Source of the DNA: Bdellovibrionales bacterium
Lineage (GTDB): Bacteria > Pseudomonadota > Alphaproteobacteria > UBA9219
Reading direction: 5' to 3'
Assembly: GCA_041649025.1 (NCBI GenBank)
Contig: JBAZNY010000002.1
Span: 2,614 to 66,613, forward strand
Length of the DNA: 64,000 nucleotides
The position numbers and the translations under genes were made by a program. Below, piece after piece: positions 48,158 through 58,222 of this stretch (position 1 is the first letter of the stretch; each line of letters opens with the position of its first letter). The notes below the pieces were generated by a model. It was not told the origin of the DNA. It was given only the letters and a program-made list of their open reading frames with translations, and ran no database searches.

Positions 48158-49450
48158 ATGACAAATTTTACATATTCTCAAGCCGCCCTTGACCGTTTAC
48201 AGAAATCCGATATCGACATTTTTAACGCCTTGATGGGCGAAGAGACCCGCCAAAGCGAAGGCATTGAACTTATTCCTTCCGAAAATTACTGCTTCCCGGA
48301 AGTCTATGCCCTGCTCGGCTCCGTCTTTAACAATAAGTATTCCGAGGGATATCCGGGCAAGCGTTATTACGGCGGACAGGAAAACACCGACACGGTAGAA
48401 ACGCTGGCCCGCGAGCGCGCCAAAAAAGTTTTCCGCGCCGAGCATGCGAACGTCCAGCCCCTTTCCGGCTGCCCGATGAACGAAGCCGTTTACTTCGGCC
48501 TTCTGCAACCCGGCGATGTGATTTTGGGCATGGAGTTGACTCACGGAGGCCATCTGTCGCATGGGCATCCCATCACCAACATGGCGAAGATTTTTAAATT
48601 TGCCCGTTATCGCACGGAAATTCCCAGCGGCCTTATCGATCTCGATAAAGTCCGCAAGGTCGCGCTGGAGACAAAGCCGAAGCTTATCATCTGCGGCCAT
48701 TCGTCTTATCCGCGCGAATACGACTACGCGGGCTTCAGAAAAATCGCCGACGAAGTCGGCGCATTGTTAATGGCCGACGTAAGCCATCTGGGCGGCCTGA
48801 TCGCAGGCGGCGCCTTGAAGAACCCGATGGACTTTGGGTTCGACGTCGTGACGACGACGACGCATAAATCTTTGCGCGGCCCGCGCGGCGGCATGATTTT
48901 GTGCAAGAAGCAGCACGCGGCCGTCATCGACAAATCGATTTTCCCAGGCATGCAGGGAGGGCCGCATATGCATGCGATCGCGGCCATCGCGACGACGCTG
49001 AAGCTGGTTCAAACCGACGACTACAAAGCTTATGCCCAACAGGTTCTCGCCAACGCGCAAGTATTCGCCAAAGAGCTCATCGCGGGAGGCGCGCATTTGG
49101 TCACGGGTGGAACCGAGAACCATCTGATCGTCATCAACACGGCGACAGGGTTCGGCATCACGGGCGATATTGCCGAAAAGGCGCTTGATCGCGTCGGCAT
49201 CACGCTCAACAAGAACGTCATTCCCGACGATCCGAATCCGCCCATGAAGCCCAGCGGCATCCGCTTCGGCACGCCCGCCGCCACGTCGCGCGGCATGAAG
49301 GAACCGGAAATGAAGCAGCTCGCGACTATCATGCTTCAAGTTCTGCGCAAGCCGAACGACGACGCTCTGCTCATCAAACTTCGCGACGAAACACGCACGA
49401 TGTGCAAGCGGTTCACCGTTCCCGGACTCGGTGACGCGAAGAAAAATTAA
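48158..49450 (+). CDS. glyA: serine hydroxymethyltransferase
   Basis: Contains ELIPSENY, YSEGYPGKRYYGG, GGHLSHG and the PLP-lysine region TTTTHKSLRGPRGG. Confidence 0.97.
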   Translation: MTNFTYSQAALDRLQKSDIDIFNALMGEETRQSEGIELIPSENYCFPEVYALLGSVFNNKYSEGYPGKRYYGGQENTDTVETLARERAKKVFRAEHANVQPLSGCPMNEAVYFGLLQPGDVILGMELTHGGHLSHGHPITNMAKIFKFARYRTEIPSGLIDLDKVRKVALETKPKLIICGHSSYPREYDYAGFRKIADEVGALLMADVSHLGGLIAGGALKNPMDFGFDVVTTTTHKSLRGPRGGMILCKKQHAAVIDKSIFPGMQGGPHMHAIAAIATTLKLVQTDDYKAYAQQVLANAQVFAKELIAGGAHLVTGGTENHLIVINTATGFGITGDIAEKALDRVGITLNKNVIPDDPNPPMKPSGIRFGTPAATSRGMKEPEMKQLATIMLQVLRKPNDDALLIKLRDETRTMCKRFTVPGLGDAKKN

Positions 49451-49760
49451 TCTCGCAAGCTGCGCGCAAAGAAATCGCGGGCATAGCGAAACAAAAAACC
49501 CTTCAACCATTACCATCGCGAAACAATGTGTGACTCGAACAGCACATCGCATGAGATAAACTTAAATTTGATTCATCATTGTGAATTTCTCCTTAACTGA
49601 AAGTAATTCCTCGGCTAAAAGATTCACACGATTAGTCAAGACAAATACCTCGTTAGTCGCCTCCGTACAGTCGAATCGAATCCTTAAACTTTCATCGCGG
49701 AGTTTGTCTCTTGAATCTTGAAGACCTCCAACATCAAAAGCAACTGAGTGGCGCCTCTTC

Positions 49761-50693
49761 TTGCGCGCGGAGCGGTGCATGAACTTGCGCCTCAACGCAG
49801 CCAACACGAATGACCTTTCGATCAAGGCTCCTCCGGCCTCGGCGCGCAGTCCTCTTTTGCTTGAGTGGCTCACGCGTCTGACGCGTCCGGGTTTTTCTCT
49901 CGATCTTCTTTCTCTCCCGCTTAACCGCAAGGACCATTCTTCGGCCGTCGACAAAGAACCTCACACCGACGACTGGAACACCATCGCTCACATTTGCGGC
50001 TATGGACTGAAAGATTTTTTTGAAGCGAATTCTCTGCTGCCCCTCACCGCCGCCGAGATTGATTATTTCCGCCGCAATCACCGCGGAACCGAAAATCATG
50101 TCAGCCGCGATTTTTTGACGGCGCAAACCGAGCTGCCCTCGCCTCTCGCCGAATTGTACGGCCTATACAGGCATCGCGCGCGCATCGACGCCGAGGCGGC
50201 CTTATGGGTCGCGCAGTCGACAAACTCCACACGCGTGGCCTCGATCATGGCCGATCTGCTCGCCATCGGCGCCTTTGCGAACGGCCTTGAATACGTCAGT
50301 TACATGAGCGTCACGTATTCCGTGCCTTGCGCCTTCGATACGTCGGCGGAAATCGACCGCGCCAATGAAGAGGCGTCGCGGCGGCTCGCTTTGCCTCCCG
50401 ATCATCCCTCGCATTTGTTGAAGCTGAAACCCGATGAACTTGGGGTTCTTGCCTCCTCCATTGCCGAAAGAAGCGCTATGCCCCCCGTCGATTTTCTTGA
50501 GAAGGCCAATCTTCTTTCCGAAGCGCGGCAGGATGTCACGCGCCTGCCCAAGAAACTCCATTTTTCGACCGTCGTCGTCGAACACGACTTGCCGATGCAG
50601 GCGCTTTGGGCGGAGCGTCTCATTAACGCCTACATCCACCTTTTCCCAAATTGGATTCTCCCTTTGCCGGAAGTTCAGGCGGGGTTGAGCTAG
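49761..50693 (+). CDS. hypothetical protein (310 aa)
   Basis: A long ORF that ends 2 nt before the gpt start, giving an operon-like arrangement. No recognisable motif. The 5' end is uncertain because it conflicts with the minus-strand ORF 49562..49954. Confidence 0.4.
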   Translation: MRAERCMNLRLNAANTNDLSIKAPPASARSPLLLEWLTRLTRPGFSLDLLSLPLNRKDHSSAVDKEPHTDDWNTIAHICGYGLKDFFEANSLLPLTAAEIDYFRRNHRGTENHVSRDFLTAQTELPSPLAELYGLYRHRARIDAEAALWVAQSTNSTRVASIMADLLAIGAFANGLEYVSYMSVTYSVPCAFDTSAEIDRANEEASRRLALPPDHPSHLLKLKPDELGVLASSIAERSAMPPVDFLEKANLLSEARQDVTRLPKKLHFSTVVVEHDLPMQALWAERLINAYIHLFPNWILPLPEVQAGLS

Positions 50694-50695
50694 TC

Positions 50696-51211
50696 ATGTC
50701 CGACCAACCTTCGCAAAAATATTTTCCCGTCAGCTGGGAAGAGCTTCACCGCAACGCCAAAGCCTTGGCGTGGAAACTCCATGATTTGGGGCCGTGGAAA
50801 GGCTTGATCGCCGTGACGCGCGGCGGGTTGGTTCCGGCCGCCATCGTCGCGCGCGAGCTTGATATCCGCATCATCGAAACAGTTTCAATCGTCGGCTACG
50901 AATCCTGCGCAGGCGACCCGTCGCATAGCCATACGGCCAACATCGTCAAGCACCCCGCGAACGTCGGCGACGGCGCGGGATGGCTTGTTATCGACGATCT
51001 GGTCGATACGGGACGCACGGGAAATGTCGTGCGCGAAATTTTGCCGAAGGCGCATTTTGCCGCCATTTATGCAAAGCCCATGGGCAAACCGCTGGTTGAC
51101 ACTTTTGTCACCGAAGTCAGCCAGGATACGTGGATTTATTTTCCGTGGGACATCGAGTTGCAATTTACGCAACCCATTGCGGTTCAGCGCAAGAATGGAA
51201 ATAAGAAGTAA
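50696..51211 (+). CDS. gpt: xanthine-guanine phosphoribosyltransferase
   Basis: Begins MSDQPSQKYFPVSWEELHRNAKALAWKL, with GLIAVTRGGLVPAAIVAREL and the PRPP loop VIDDLVDTGRT. Start refined to the ATG at 50696. Confidence 0.9.
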   Translation: MSDQPSQKYFPVSWEELHRNAKALAWKLHDLGPWKGLIAVTRGGLVPAAIVARELDIRIIETVSIVGYESCAGDPSHSHTANIVKHPANVGDGAGWLVIDDLVDTGRTGNVVREILPKAHFAAIYAKPMGKPLVDTFVTEVSQDTWIYFPWDIELQFTQPIAVQRKNGNKK

Positions 51212-51364
51212 TTTTTTGGCATTCAGAACAATTTGAGGCGACTGTGGTTTATGCTGGAATATTTTGGGCAAAATTTTCCTTGCACTTTTTGTAAGAACAA
51301 AATAAGAACATTGCATGTCGAAGCCCAAACAAATACGAGATCCGCTGCATTGGGGAAGGCAAGA

Positions 51365-52408
51365 ATGACTGAAACGAACCTTCCTTCAAATCCCGGCAGC
51401 GGCGAAATTCTCCTCTATCAAACCGAGGACGGAGAAACGCGGATTGAGGCGCGCTTGGTTGATGAAAGCGTGTGGCTGACGCAAGCCCAAATGGCCGATT
51501 TGTTCCAGAAAGACAAACGCACTATTTCGGAGCATCTTCAGAATATAATTGAAGAAGGCGAACTTAATGAAAATTCAGTTGTCCGGAAATTCCGGACAAC
51601 TGCCGCCGATGGCAAGGACTATTTGACCGCCTTTTACAACCTTAATGCCATCATTTCAGTGGGCTATCGCGTCAAATCGCATCGCGGCACGCAATTTCGC
51701 ATTTGGGCTACGCAGAGATTGCGGGAATACATCATCAAGGGATTTGCGCTTGACGACGAGCGTTTGAAACAGGCCGGGGGCGGCGCTTATTTCGATGAAT
51801 TGCTGGGTCGCATTCGGGATATCCGCTCGTCGGAAAAAGTATTCTGGCGAAAGGTTTTGGATATCTACGCGACCAGCATCGACTACGACCCGAACACGGA
51901 CGTGTCGCAGGAGTTTTTTGCCGTCGTGCAAAACAAAATGCACTGGGCCGCGCACGGGCACACGGCGGCGGAAATTATTTATAACCGCGCCGACTCGGGC
52001 AAGCCGCACATGGGGCTGACGTCTTATTCCGGGCATGAACCCAAGCAAGCTGACGTGGAGGTCGCCAAGAATTATCTGAACGAGGAAGAGCTCGACACCC
52101 TTAACCGCATCGTCACGATGTATCTTGAATTCGCCGAGCTTCAAGCCAAAAATCGCCGCGCGATGCACATGAAGGATTGGATTGCGAAGCTGGACGATTT
52201 TCTGCGCCTGTCCGAGCGCAACATTTTAAAGAACGCCGGAAAGATCAGCCACAAAATGGCTCTTGCCCGCGCCAACGCTGAATTCGATAAATTCAAAGCC
52301 AAGCAGCTTGCCGCCCCATCGCCCGCCGAAAAGGATTTTGAAAAAAGCCTGAAGATGCTGGAGAAGATTGAGGCGGGGGTGAAGAAGAAGGAAGGCGGGA
52401 AAACATGA
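51365..52408 (+). CDS. RhuM-family (Virulence_RhuM) protein
   Basis: LYQTEDGETRIEARLVDESVWLTQAQMADLFQKDKRTISEHLQNI...YNLNAIISVGYRVKSHRGTQFRIWATQRLREYIIKGF matches the RhuM family signature closely, from memory. Start refined to the ATG at 51365. Confidence 0.85.
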   Translation: MTETNLPSNPGSGEILLYQTEDGETRIEARLVDESVWLTQAQMADLFQKDKRTISEHLQNIIEEGELNENSVVRKFRTTAADGKDYLTAFYNLNAIISVGYRVKSHRGTQFRIWATQRLREYIIKGFALDDERLKQAGGGAYFDELLGRIRDIRSSEKVFWRKVLDIYATSIDYDPNTDVSQEFFAVVQNKMHWAAHGHTAAEIIYNRADSGKPHMGLTSYSGHEPKQADVEVAKNYLNEEELDTLNRIVTMYLEFAELQAKNRRAMHMKDWIAKLDDFLRLSERNILKNAGKISHKMALARANAEFDKFKAKQLAAPSPAEKDFEKSLKMLEKIEAGVKKKEGGKT

Positions 52409-52601
52409 TTATTAGGGCTATGAACTAATGAAATAATCGTGATGTTTCTTTTGTTTTGAAGATTCAAGGGGTTTAGGAATATTATTTGCGCAAATGTTAG
52501 TATTTAAAAACTTGCTTGCTTCACTCTCCAGATAAGCCATTAGTTTGTGATAACATCAGAGCTGTGTTGGATGAATTCTTCTGAGAATATGGAGTTGAAA
52601 A

Positions 52602-54194
52602 ATGTGGAAATATCTTTTCGATAATTTTTCCATTTCTTTGCCTGAAAGGTTACGGGGCAATCCGTGGTTATGGCTAGGTTTGATTGTATTATTATTAATT
52701 ATATCTATTTTTATGACCGTGTATGCGAAAAAAATTTTTAAGGCAGACACATCTTCTATTTCAGCGACGCAAGGAAGTTCCGTAGTAAACGGAAAATACA
52801 ATACTGTTGCGACAGCTTCCGGCAACAGCACAGCAATTATCGGCAATAATAATATTATTGGTATCACGCTTGAACAACACGAAGCTTTTCTAAATCGCCG
52901 AGAGTTGGAAATTCGTAAGGAACTTTCTAAAACGAGCATAGAAGACAAAAGAACAATTGAAAACTTGAACAGGGAGCTTGCAGATGTTCAAGGAAAATTA
53001 TTTGATGTTGAGTCTTCACTTAAAGAGCATAAAGCCAAATTGGCTGAATTATATCAAGCATTAGATCTTTTAAAGCAAAGTCAGCCATCTAATTCTGTTT
53101 TGATTAAAGATGCTCAGGAAGCTTTGAAAAGAGGAGACACAGATAAAGCAAGAAAACTGCTTCAAGATATTTTTAATCAAGGAACAGAGCAAGCTGCTGA
53201 GGCGGCATATCAACTTGGTTTTTTAGACATGATGCGAGTTGCATATGTAAGTGCGTATAACCATTTCAATGATGCGGTGCGTTTACGACCAGATAATATT
53301 GTATATCTTAGTTCAGCAGGAGCTGCTTGCATCGGCCTCGGCTATTATTCTGAGTCAGAAGAAAAACTGAATAAAGCCTTGGCTCTTTCCGAAAAAAATT
53401 ATGCCCCAGATGATCTAAGGTTATCAAATATACTTAATAATCTTGCTGAACTTTATATTGAGCAGGGGTTATATCCAAAGGCTGAACCTCTCCATCAACG
53501 CGCTCTAAAAATTGTGGAAAAAGAATATGGGCGAATTCATCCAAACGTGGCTGGCAGTCTTAACAATCTGGGAAGATTATATTACGAGTGGGCAAGGTCA
53601 TATCACGAACCAAAACTTCTTGAGAAGGCGAAACCTTTTCTTAATGAGGCGTTAGAGATACGAAAGAAAATATTTGGTGATAATGATCTTGTGGTTTCAA
53701 CAACCCTCAATAATCTTGGCAATGTATATGCAGCCCAAAAGAATTTTTTGAAGGCAGAACAATTCCATAAACAAGCATTGGAAATTAGAAAAAATATTCT
53801 TGATCCTGATAATCCAAGGATTGCACGAAGCATGGCAAATCTTGCAGAAGTTTATGGTGCGCAGAGAAAATTTGTTGAAGCCGAAAAACTTCTCAAAGAT
53901 GCATTGAAAATTATGGGGAAGAAATACGGTACTAATCATCCAGATGTTGCAACGTGTATTAATAATCTTGGTGGGTTATACCTCGATCAGGGAAATTTGG
54001 TTGATGCAGAACAATATTTCAGACAGGCATTAGAGATTCGCAAGAAACTGTATGGGTCAGATCATCCCAAAGTTGCCGAGAGTCTAAATAATCTTGGGTG
54101 TGTATATGATCGACAGGGGGAATACGCAAAGGCAGGGCTGTTTCACCAACAAGCGCAAGAAATGCTGGAGAGACTGAAGATCATTGATCGGTAA
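52602..54194 (+). CDS. membrane-anchored coiled-coil + kinesin-light-chain-type TPR repeat protein
   Basis: Has an N-terminal TM segment (WLWLGLIVLLLIISIFMTVY), a coiled coil, then at least six TPR_10/12-like units (NNLAELY...KAEPLHQRALKI.EK.YG..HP.VA). The gene is conspicuously AT-rich compared with its neighbours. Confidence 0.85.
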   Translation: MWKYLFDNFSISLPERLRGNPWLWLGLIVLLLIISIFMTVYAKKIFKADTSSISATQGSSVVNGKYNTVATASGNSTAIIGNNNIIGITLEQHEAFLNRRELEIRKELSKTSIEDKRTIENLNRELADVQGKLFDVESSLKEHKAKLAELYQALDLLKQSQPSNSVLIKDAQEALKRGDTDKARKLLQDIFNQGTEQAAEAAYQLGFLDMMRVAYVSAYNHFNDAVRLRPDNIVYLSSAGAACIGLGYYSESEEKLNKALALSEKNYAPDDLRLSNILNNLAELYIEQGLYPKAEPLHQRALKIVEKEYGRIHPNVAGSLNNLGRLYYEWARSYHEPKLLEKAKPFLNEALEIRKKIFGDNDLVVSTTLNNLGNVYAAQKNFLKAEQFHKQALEIRKNILDPDNPRIARSMANLAEVYGAQRKFVEAEKLLKDALKIMGKKYGTNHPDVATCINNLGGLYLDQGNLVDAEQYFRQALEIRKKLYGSDHPKVAESLNNLGCVYDRQGEYAKAGLFHQQAQEMLERLKIIDR

Positions 54195-54298
54195 TCGCCA
54201 CTGCGCGGCCCCCCCCCTAAAGACGCAGGAAATAATTCGCGGTAGTTTTCGCCATTATATACTAATATTGTTTGAAGCCTTTTTTTTCAGGAGTCTTT

Positions 54299-55489
54299 AT
54301 GACCTACCCTATTATCCGCCTTCATCCGCAAAAACATCGGCGCGTTGCCGGCGGGCATCCGTGGATTTATTCCAACGAGATCGTCATGGACTCTGCCGCG
54401 AAGTCCCTGCCCCGCGGCACGATGGTTGCCTTTCATGCGCACGACAACAAATTTCTTGGCATCGGAAGCTTCAATCCGAATTGCCTGATTGCCGGCCGCA
54501 TTTTTACGCCGCATCTTGTTGACGAAATCAACGAAGAGTGGGTTTCAGCGCGCATCGAAAGCGCGGTTGCGTTGCGCAAGCAGATTGTTTGCGAGCCTTT
54601 CTATCGCCTTATTCACGCCGAGGCCGACGGCCTGCCCGGCCTTATCATTGACCGCTTCGACGACATCTTGTGCGCGCAGCTCAACACGGCAGGCGTGGAA
54701 AATTTGTGGCCTGTTTTGGAAAGCGCCTTGCGGCGCGCGCTAAAACCCCGCAGCATCGTTTTGCGCAATGACTCTTTCGCGCGCGACATCGAAGGCCTGC
54801 CGAGAGAAACAAAACTGATTGGTGATGAATTCACTTCTCCAATCGAGGTTCGTGAAAACGGCCTGACTTATTTTGCCGACTTGCGCAGCGGACAAAAAAC
54901 CGGATGGTATTTCGATCAGCGCGATAATCACGCGCTTGTCGCGCGCTATGCACTGGGCGCCGATAGCGTGCTCGATCTCTATACGCACGCAGGCGGTTTT
55001 GCTTTGGCGGCTGCGAAAGCGGGCGCGAAAAAAATTATCGGGGTTGATTCATCCGAACCTGCACTCGCGCTCGCGCAAAAGGCCGCCGAACAAAATAATC
55101 TTGCCGCACAGTGTAATTTTGTTCGCGCCGATGTGTTCGAAGATCTCGAACGGCGCATCGCGGCAAAAGAAAAATATCAAATCGTCATCGCCGACCCGCC
55201 CGCCTTCGTCAAATCGCGCAAAGACCTTGCAAGCGGCAGCCGCGGCTATCGAAAGCTGGCGAAAATGGCGGCCTCGGTCACTCAAAAGAACGGGTTTCTC
55301 TTTATCGCGTCTTGCAGCTACAACATGGAATTGCCCGTGTTTATTGAACAAGTTGCCTCGGGGCTTAAAGACGCCAACAGATTCGGCAAGATTCTGCATA
55401 CTTGCTTTGCCGCCCCCGACCATCCCGTGCATCCGCACTTGCCGGAAAGCGCTTATTTGAAGGGATTGTTGCTAATTTTAGACGCCTGA
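54299..55489 (+). CDS. rlmI: class I SAM-dependent 23S rRNA (cytosine-C5) methyltransferase, RlmI-like
   Basis: Has a PUA-like N-terminus (GHPWIYSNEI) and the methyltransferase core (VLDLYTHAGGFAL ... IVIADPPAF ... ASCS). The ATG at 54299 has a CAGGAG RBS. At 396 aa it matches RlmI in length. Confidence 0.8.
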   Translation: MTYPIIRLHPQKHRRVAGGHPWIYSNEIVMDSAAKSLPRGTMVAFHAHDNKFLGIGSFNPNCLIAGRIFTPHLVDEINEEWVSARIESAVALRKQIVCEPFYRLIHAEADGLPGLIIDRFDDILCAQLNTAGVENLWPVLESALRRALKPRSIVLRNDSFARDIEGLPRETKLIGDEFTSPIEVRENGLTYFADLRSGQKTGWYFDQRDNHALVARYALGADSVLDLYTHAGGFALAAAKAGAKKIIGVDSSEPALALAQKAAEQNNLAAQCNFVRADVFEDLERRIAAKEKYQIVIADPPAFVKSRKDLASGSRGYRKLAKMAASVTQKNGFLFIASCSYNMELPVFIEQVASGLKDANRFGKILHTCFAAPDHPVHPHLPESAYLKGLLLILDA

Positions 55490-55546
55490 AATTAACCCTG
55501 CCGAAAAGTTAAATAAGCTCGATTTTAAAGGTGTTTTTTGCACTTT

Positions 55547-55575
55547 TTGACATGAGAAAATGTGCAAATTATTTT
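55547..55575 (+). promoter_or_regulatory. candidate rRNA operon promoter
   Basis: TTGACA (55547-55552), a 17-nt spacer, then TATTTT (55570-55575), preceded by a T-rich UP-like tract. It lies about 560 nt upstream of the 16S gene. Sequence match only. Confidence 0.25.
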
Positions 55576-56136
55576 TCCCCATCTGAGTCAAGGGAAAATA
55601 ATGAAAAGATTGTAAATTTTCCCCTAGACATGCCCTACTAGAATCAGTAAGTTGCGCCCGTCGGAAGGAACTTTTGTGACTTCCGAAAGTGGTATTGTTG
55701 ACACTTAACAACATCAAGCGTGAAACCTAGTCGAAAGACTGGTTTTTCGCATGGTCGGTTGTTTCGTCTTTTCAACGACCCGCGGATCGGTTATTCGGTC
55801 TTGTTCTTGGAAATTGTGAATAGGAATGAGAAGGGATGCGCAGACGGCGATCCGCGGTGGGAAGTTATGCCTTAAAAACATGACAACTGGCCGACGATAT
55901 CAAAAACGTTTCTTAGCTTCGGCTAAAAAATGAATACGGATTGTCTGTTACGCATCCTGATTAAAGTTCGATGTATTCGCAAGAATACATTGTCGTTTCG
56001 CGGTAAGCGAAACGGCGCGTAAATGATGTTTCAATGCAAATTGAAACGTTGTGTATAGAGAACCCTAAGTCAAGGTGTTGTTTCGACAATACCAAGTAGT
56101 TTGAACAACTAAAATTGTTCTGAAAAAACTAGATTA

Positions 56137-57635
<1,499 letters not shown>

Positions 57636-57797
57636 TTGAATGTTAGAAGAACCCGTCGAAGACTTCGGTCTTCTTCACCTTCACATTCGAACTTAGTATT
57701 CGATATCTTGCTGTTTTGGTCATCGTACTGACTCAGCCGGTTCGCCGTCGGCGTATCCCTTCTCAGGAAACAACAATAGCTGCGACAGCTATTAAGC

Positions 57798-57828
57798 GGG
57801 CTTGTAGCTCAGCTGGTTAGAGCGCGCG
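57798..57828 (+). pseudogene. partial 5' copy of tRNA-Ile (31 nt identical to 57888-57918), followed by degenerate anticodon-arm-like sequence
   Basis: GGGCTTGTAGCTCAGCTGGTTAGAGCGCGCG is an exact repeat of the first 31 nt of the intact tRNA-Ile 90 nt downstream. The later stretch TGATCAAGCGTG resembles the anticodon region TGATAAGCGTG. Confidence 0.85.
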
Positions 57829-57887
57829 GCCTAGCGTAGGCGAAGCCGAAGCGTTACTTCTGATCAAGCGTGCGCGAGTTTCGTTAC

Positions 57888-57964
57888 GGGCTTGTAGCTC
57901 AGCTGGTTAGAGCGCGCGCTTGATAAGCGTGAGGTCGTAAGTTCAAATCTTACCAGGCCCACCA
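57888..57964 (+). tRNA. tRNA-Ile (GAT)
   Basis: Folds by hand: acceptor GGGCTTG/CAGGCCC, anticodon loop TTGATAA, T-arm GTAAGTTCAAATCTTAC. CCA is encoded. Confidence 0.95.
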
Positions 57965-57985
57965 TTTTTTGCTTAGCGCGCAATC

Positions 57986-58011
57986 GGGGCTGTTGCTCAG
58001 TTGGGAGAGCG
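57986..58011 (+). pseudogene. partial 5' copy of tRNA-Ala (acceptor + D-arm, 1 mismatch), with a scrambled remainder up to about 58062
   Basis: GGGGCTGTTGCTCAGTTGGGAGAGCG compared with GGGGCTGTAGCTCAGTTGGGAGAGCG in the intact gene. The downstream ...CTCGTTCCACCCA loosely resembles the 3' acceptor end. Confidence 0.8.
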
Positions 58012-58065
58012 CCCGCGAGCGAAGGCGAGCAACCTTTTATGCTATCGCGCTCGTTCCACCCATGG

Positions 58066-58141
58066 GGGGCTGTAGCTCAGTTGGGAGAGCGATAGCTTTG
58101 CAAGCTATAGGTCGTCGGTTCGATCCCGATCAGCTCCACCA
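58066..58141 (+). tRNA. tRNA-Ala (TGC)
   Basis: Acceptor GGGGCTG/CAGCTCC including the G3:U70 identity pair, anticodon loop TTTGCAA, T-arm GTCGGTTCGATCCCGAT. CCA is encoded. Confidence 0.95.
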
Positions 58142-58197
58142 GTTTTGCGCCGGTTATGCGAACCGACTACAAAAAGATGCGCGCCTACGCGCGCGGG

Positions 58198-58222
58198 GGT
58201 TCGATCCCGATCAGCTCCACCA
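58198..58222 (+). pseudogene. partial 3' copy of tRNA-Ala (T-arm + acceptor + CCA, 25 nt identical to 58117-58141)
   Basis: GGTTCGATCCCGATCAGCTCCACCA is repeated exactly 81 nt downstream of the original. It is preceded by the hairpin GCGCGCCTACGCGCGC. Confidence 0.85.

Noticed and set aside
55690-55725. Second TTGACA box (55697) in the rRNA leader as a possible P2 promoter.
   Set aside because: The hexamer 17 nt downstream (TGAAAC) is a poor -10 element, so the support is too weak to list as a feature.
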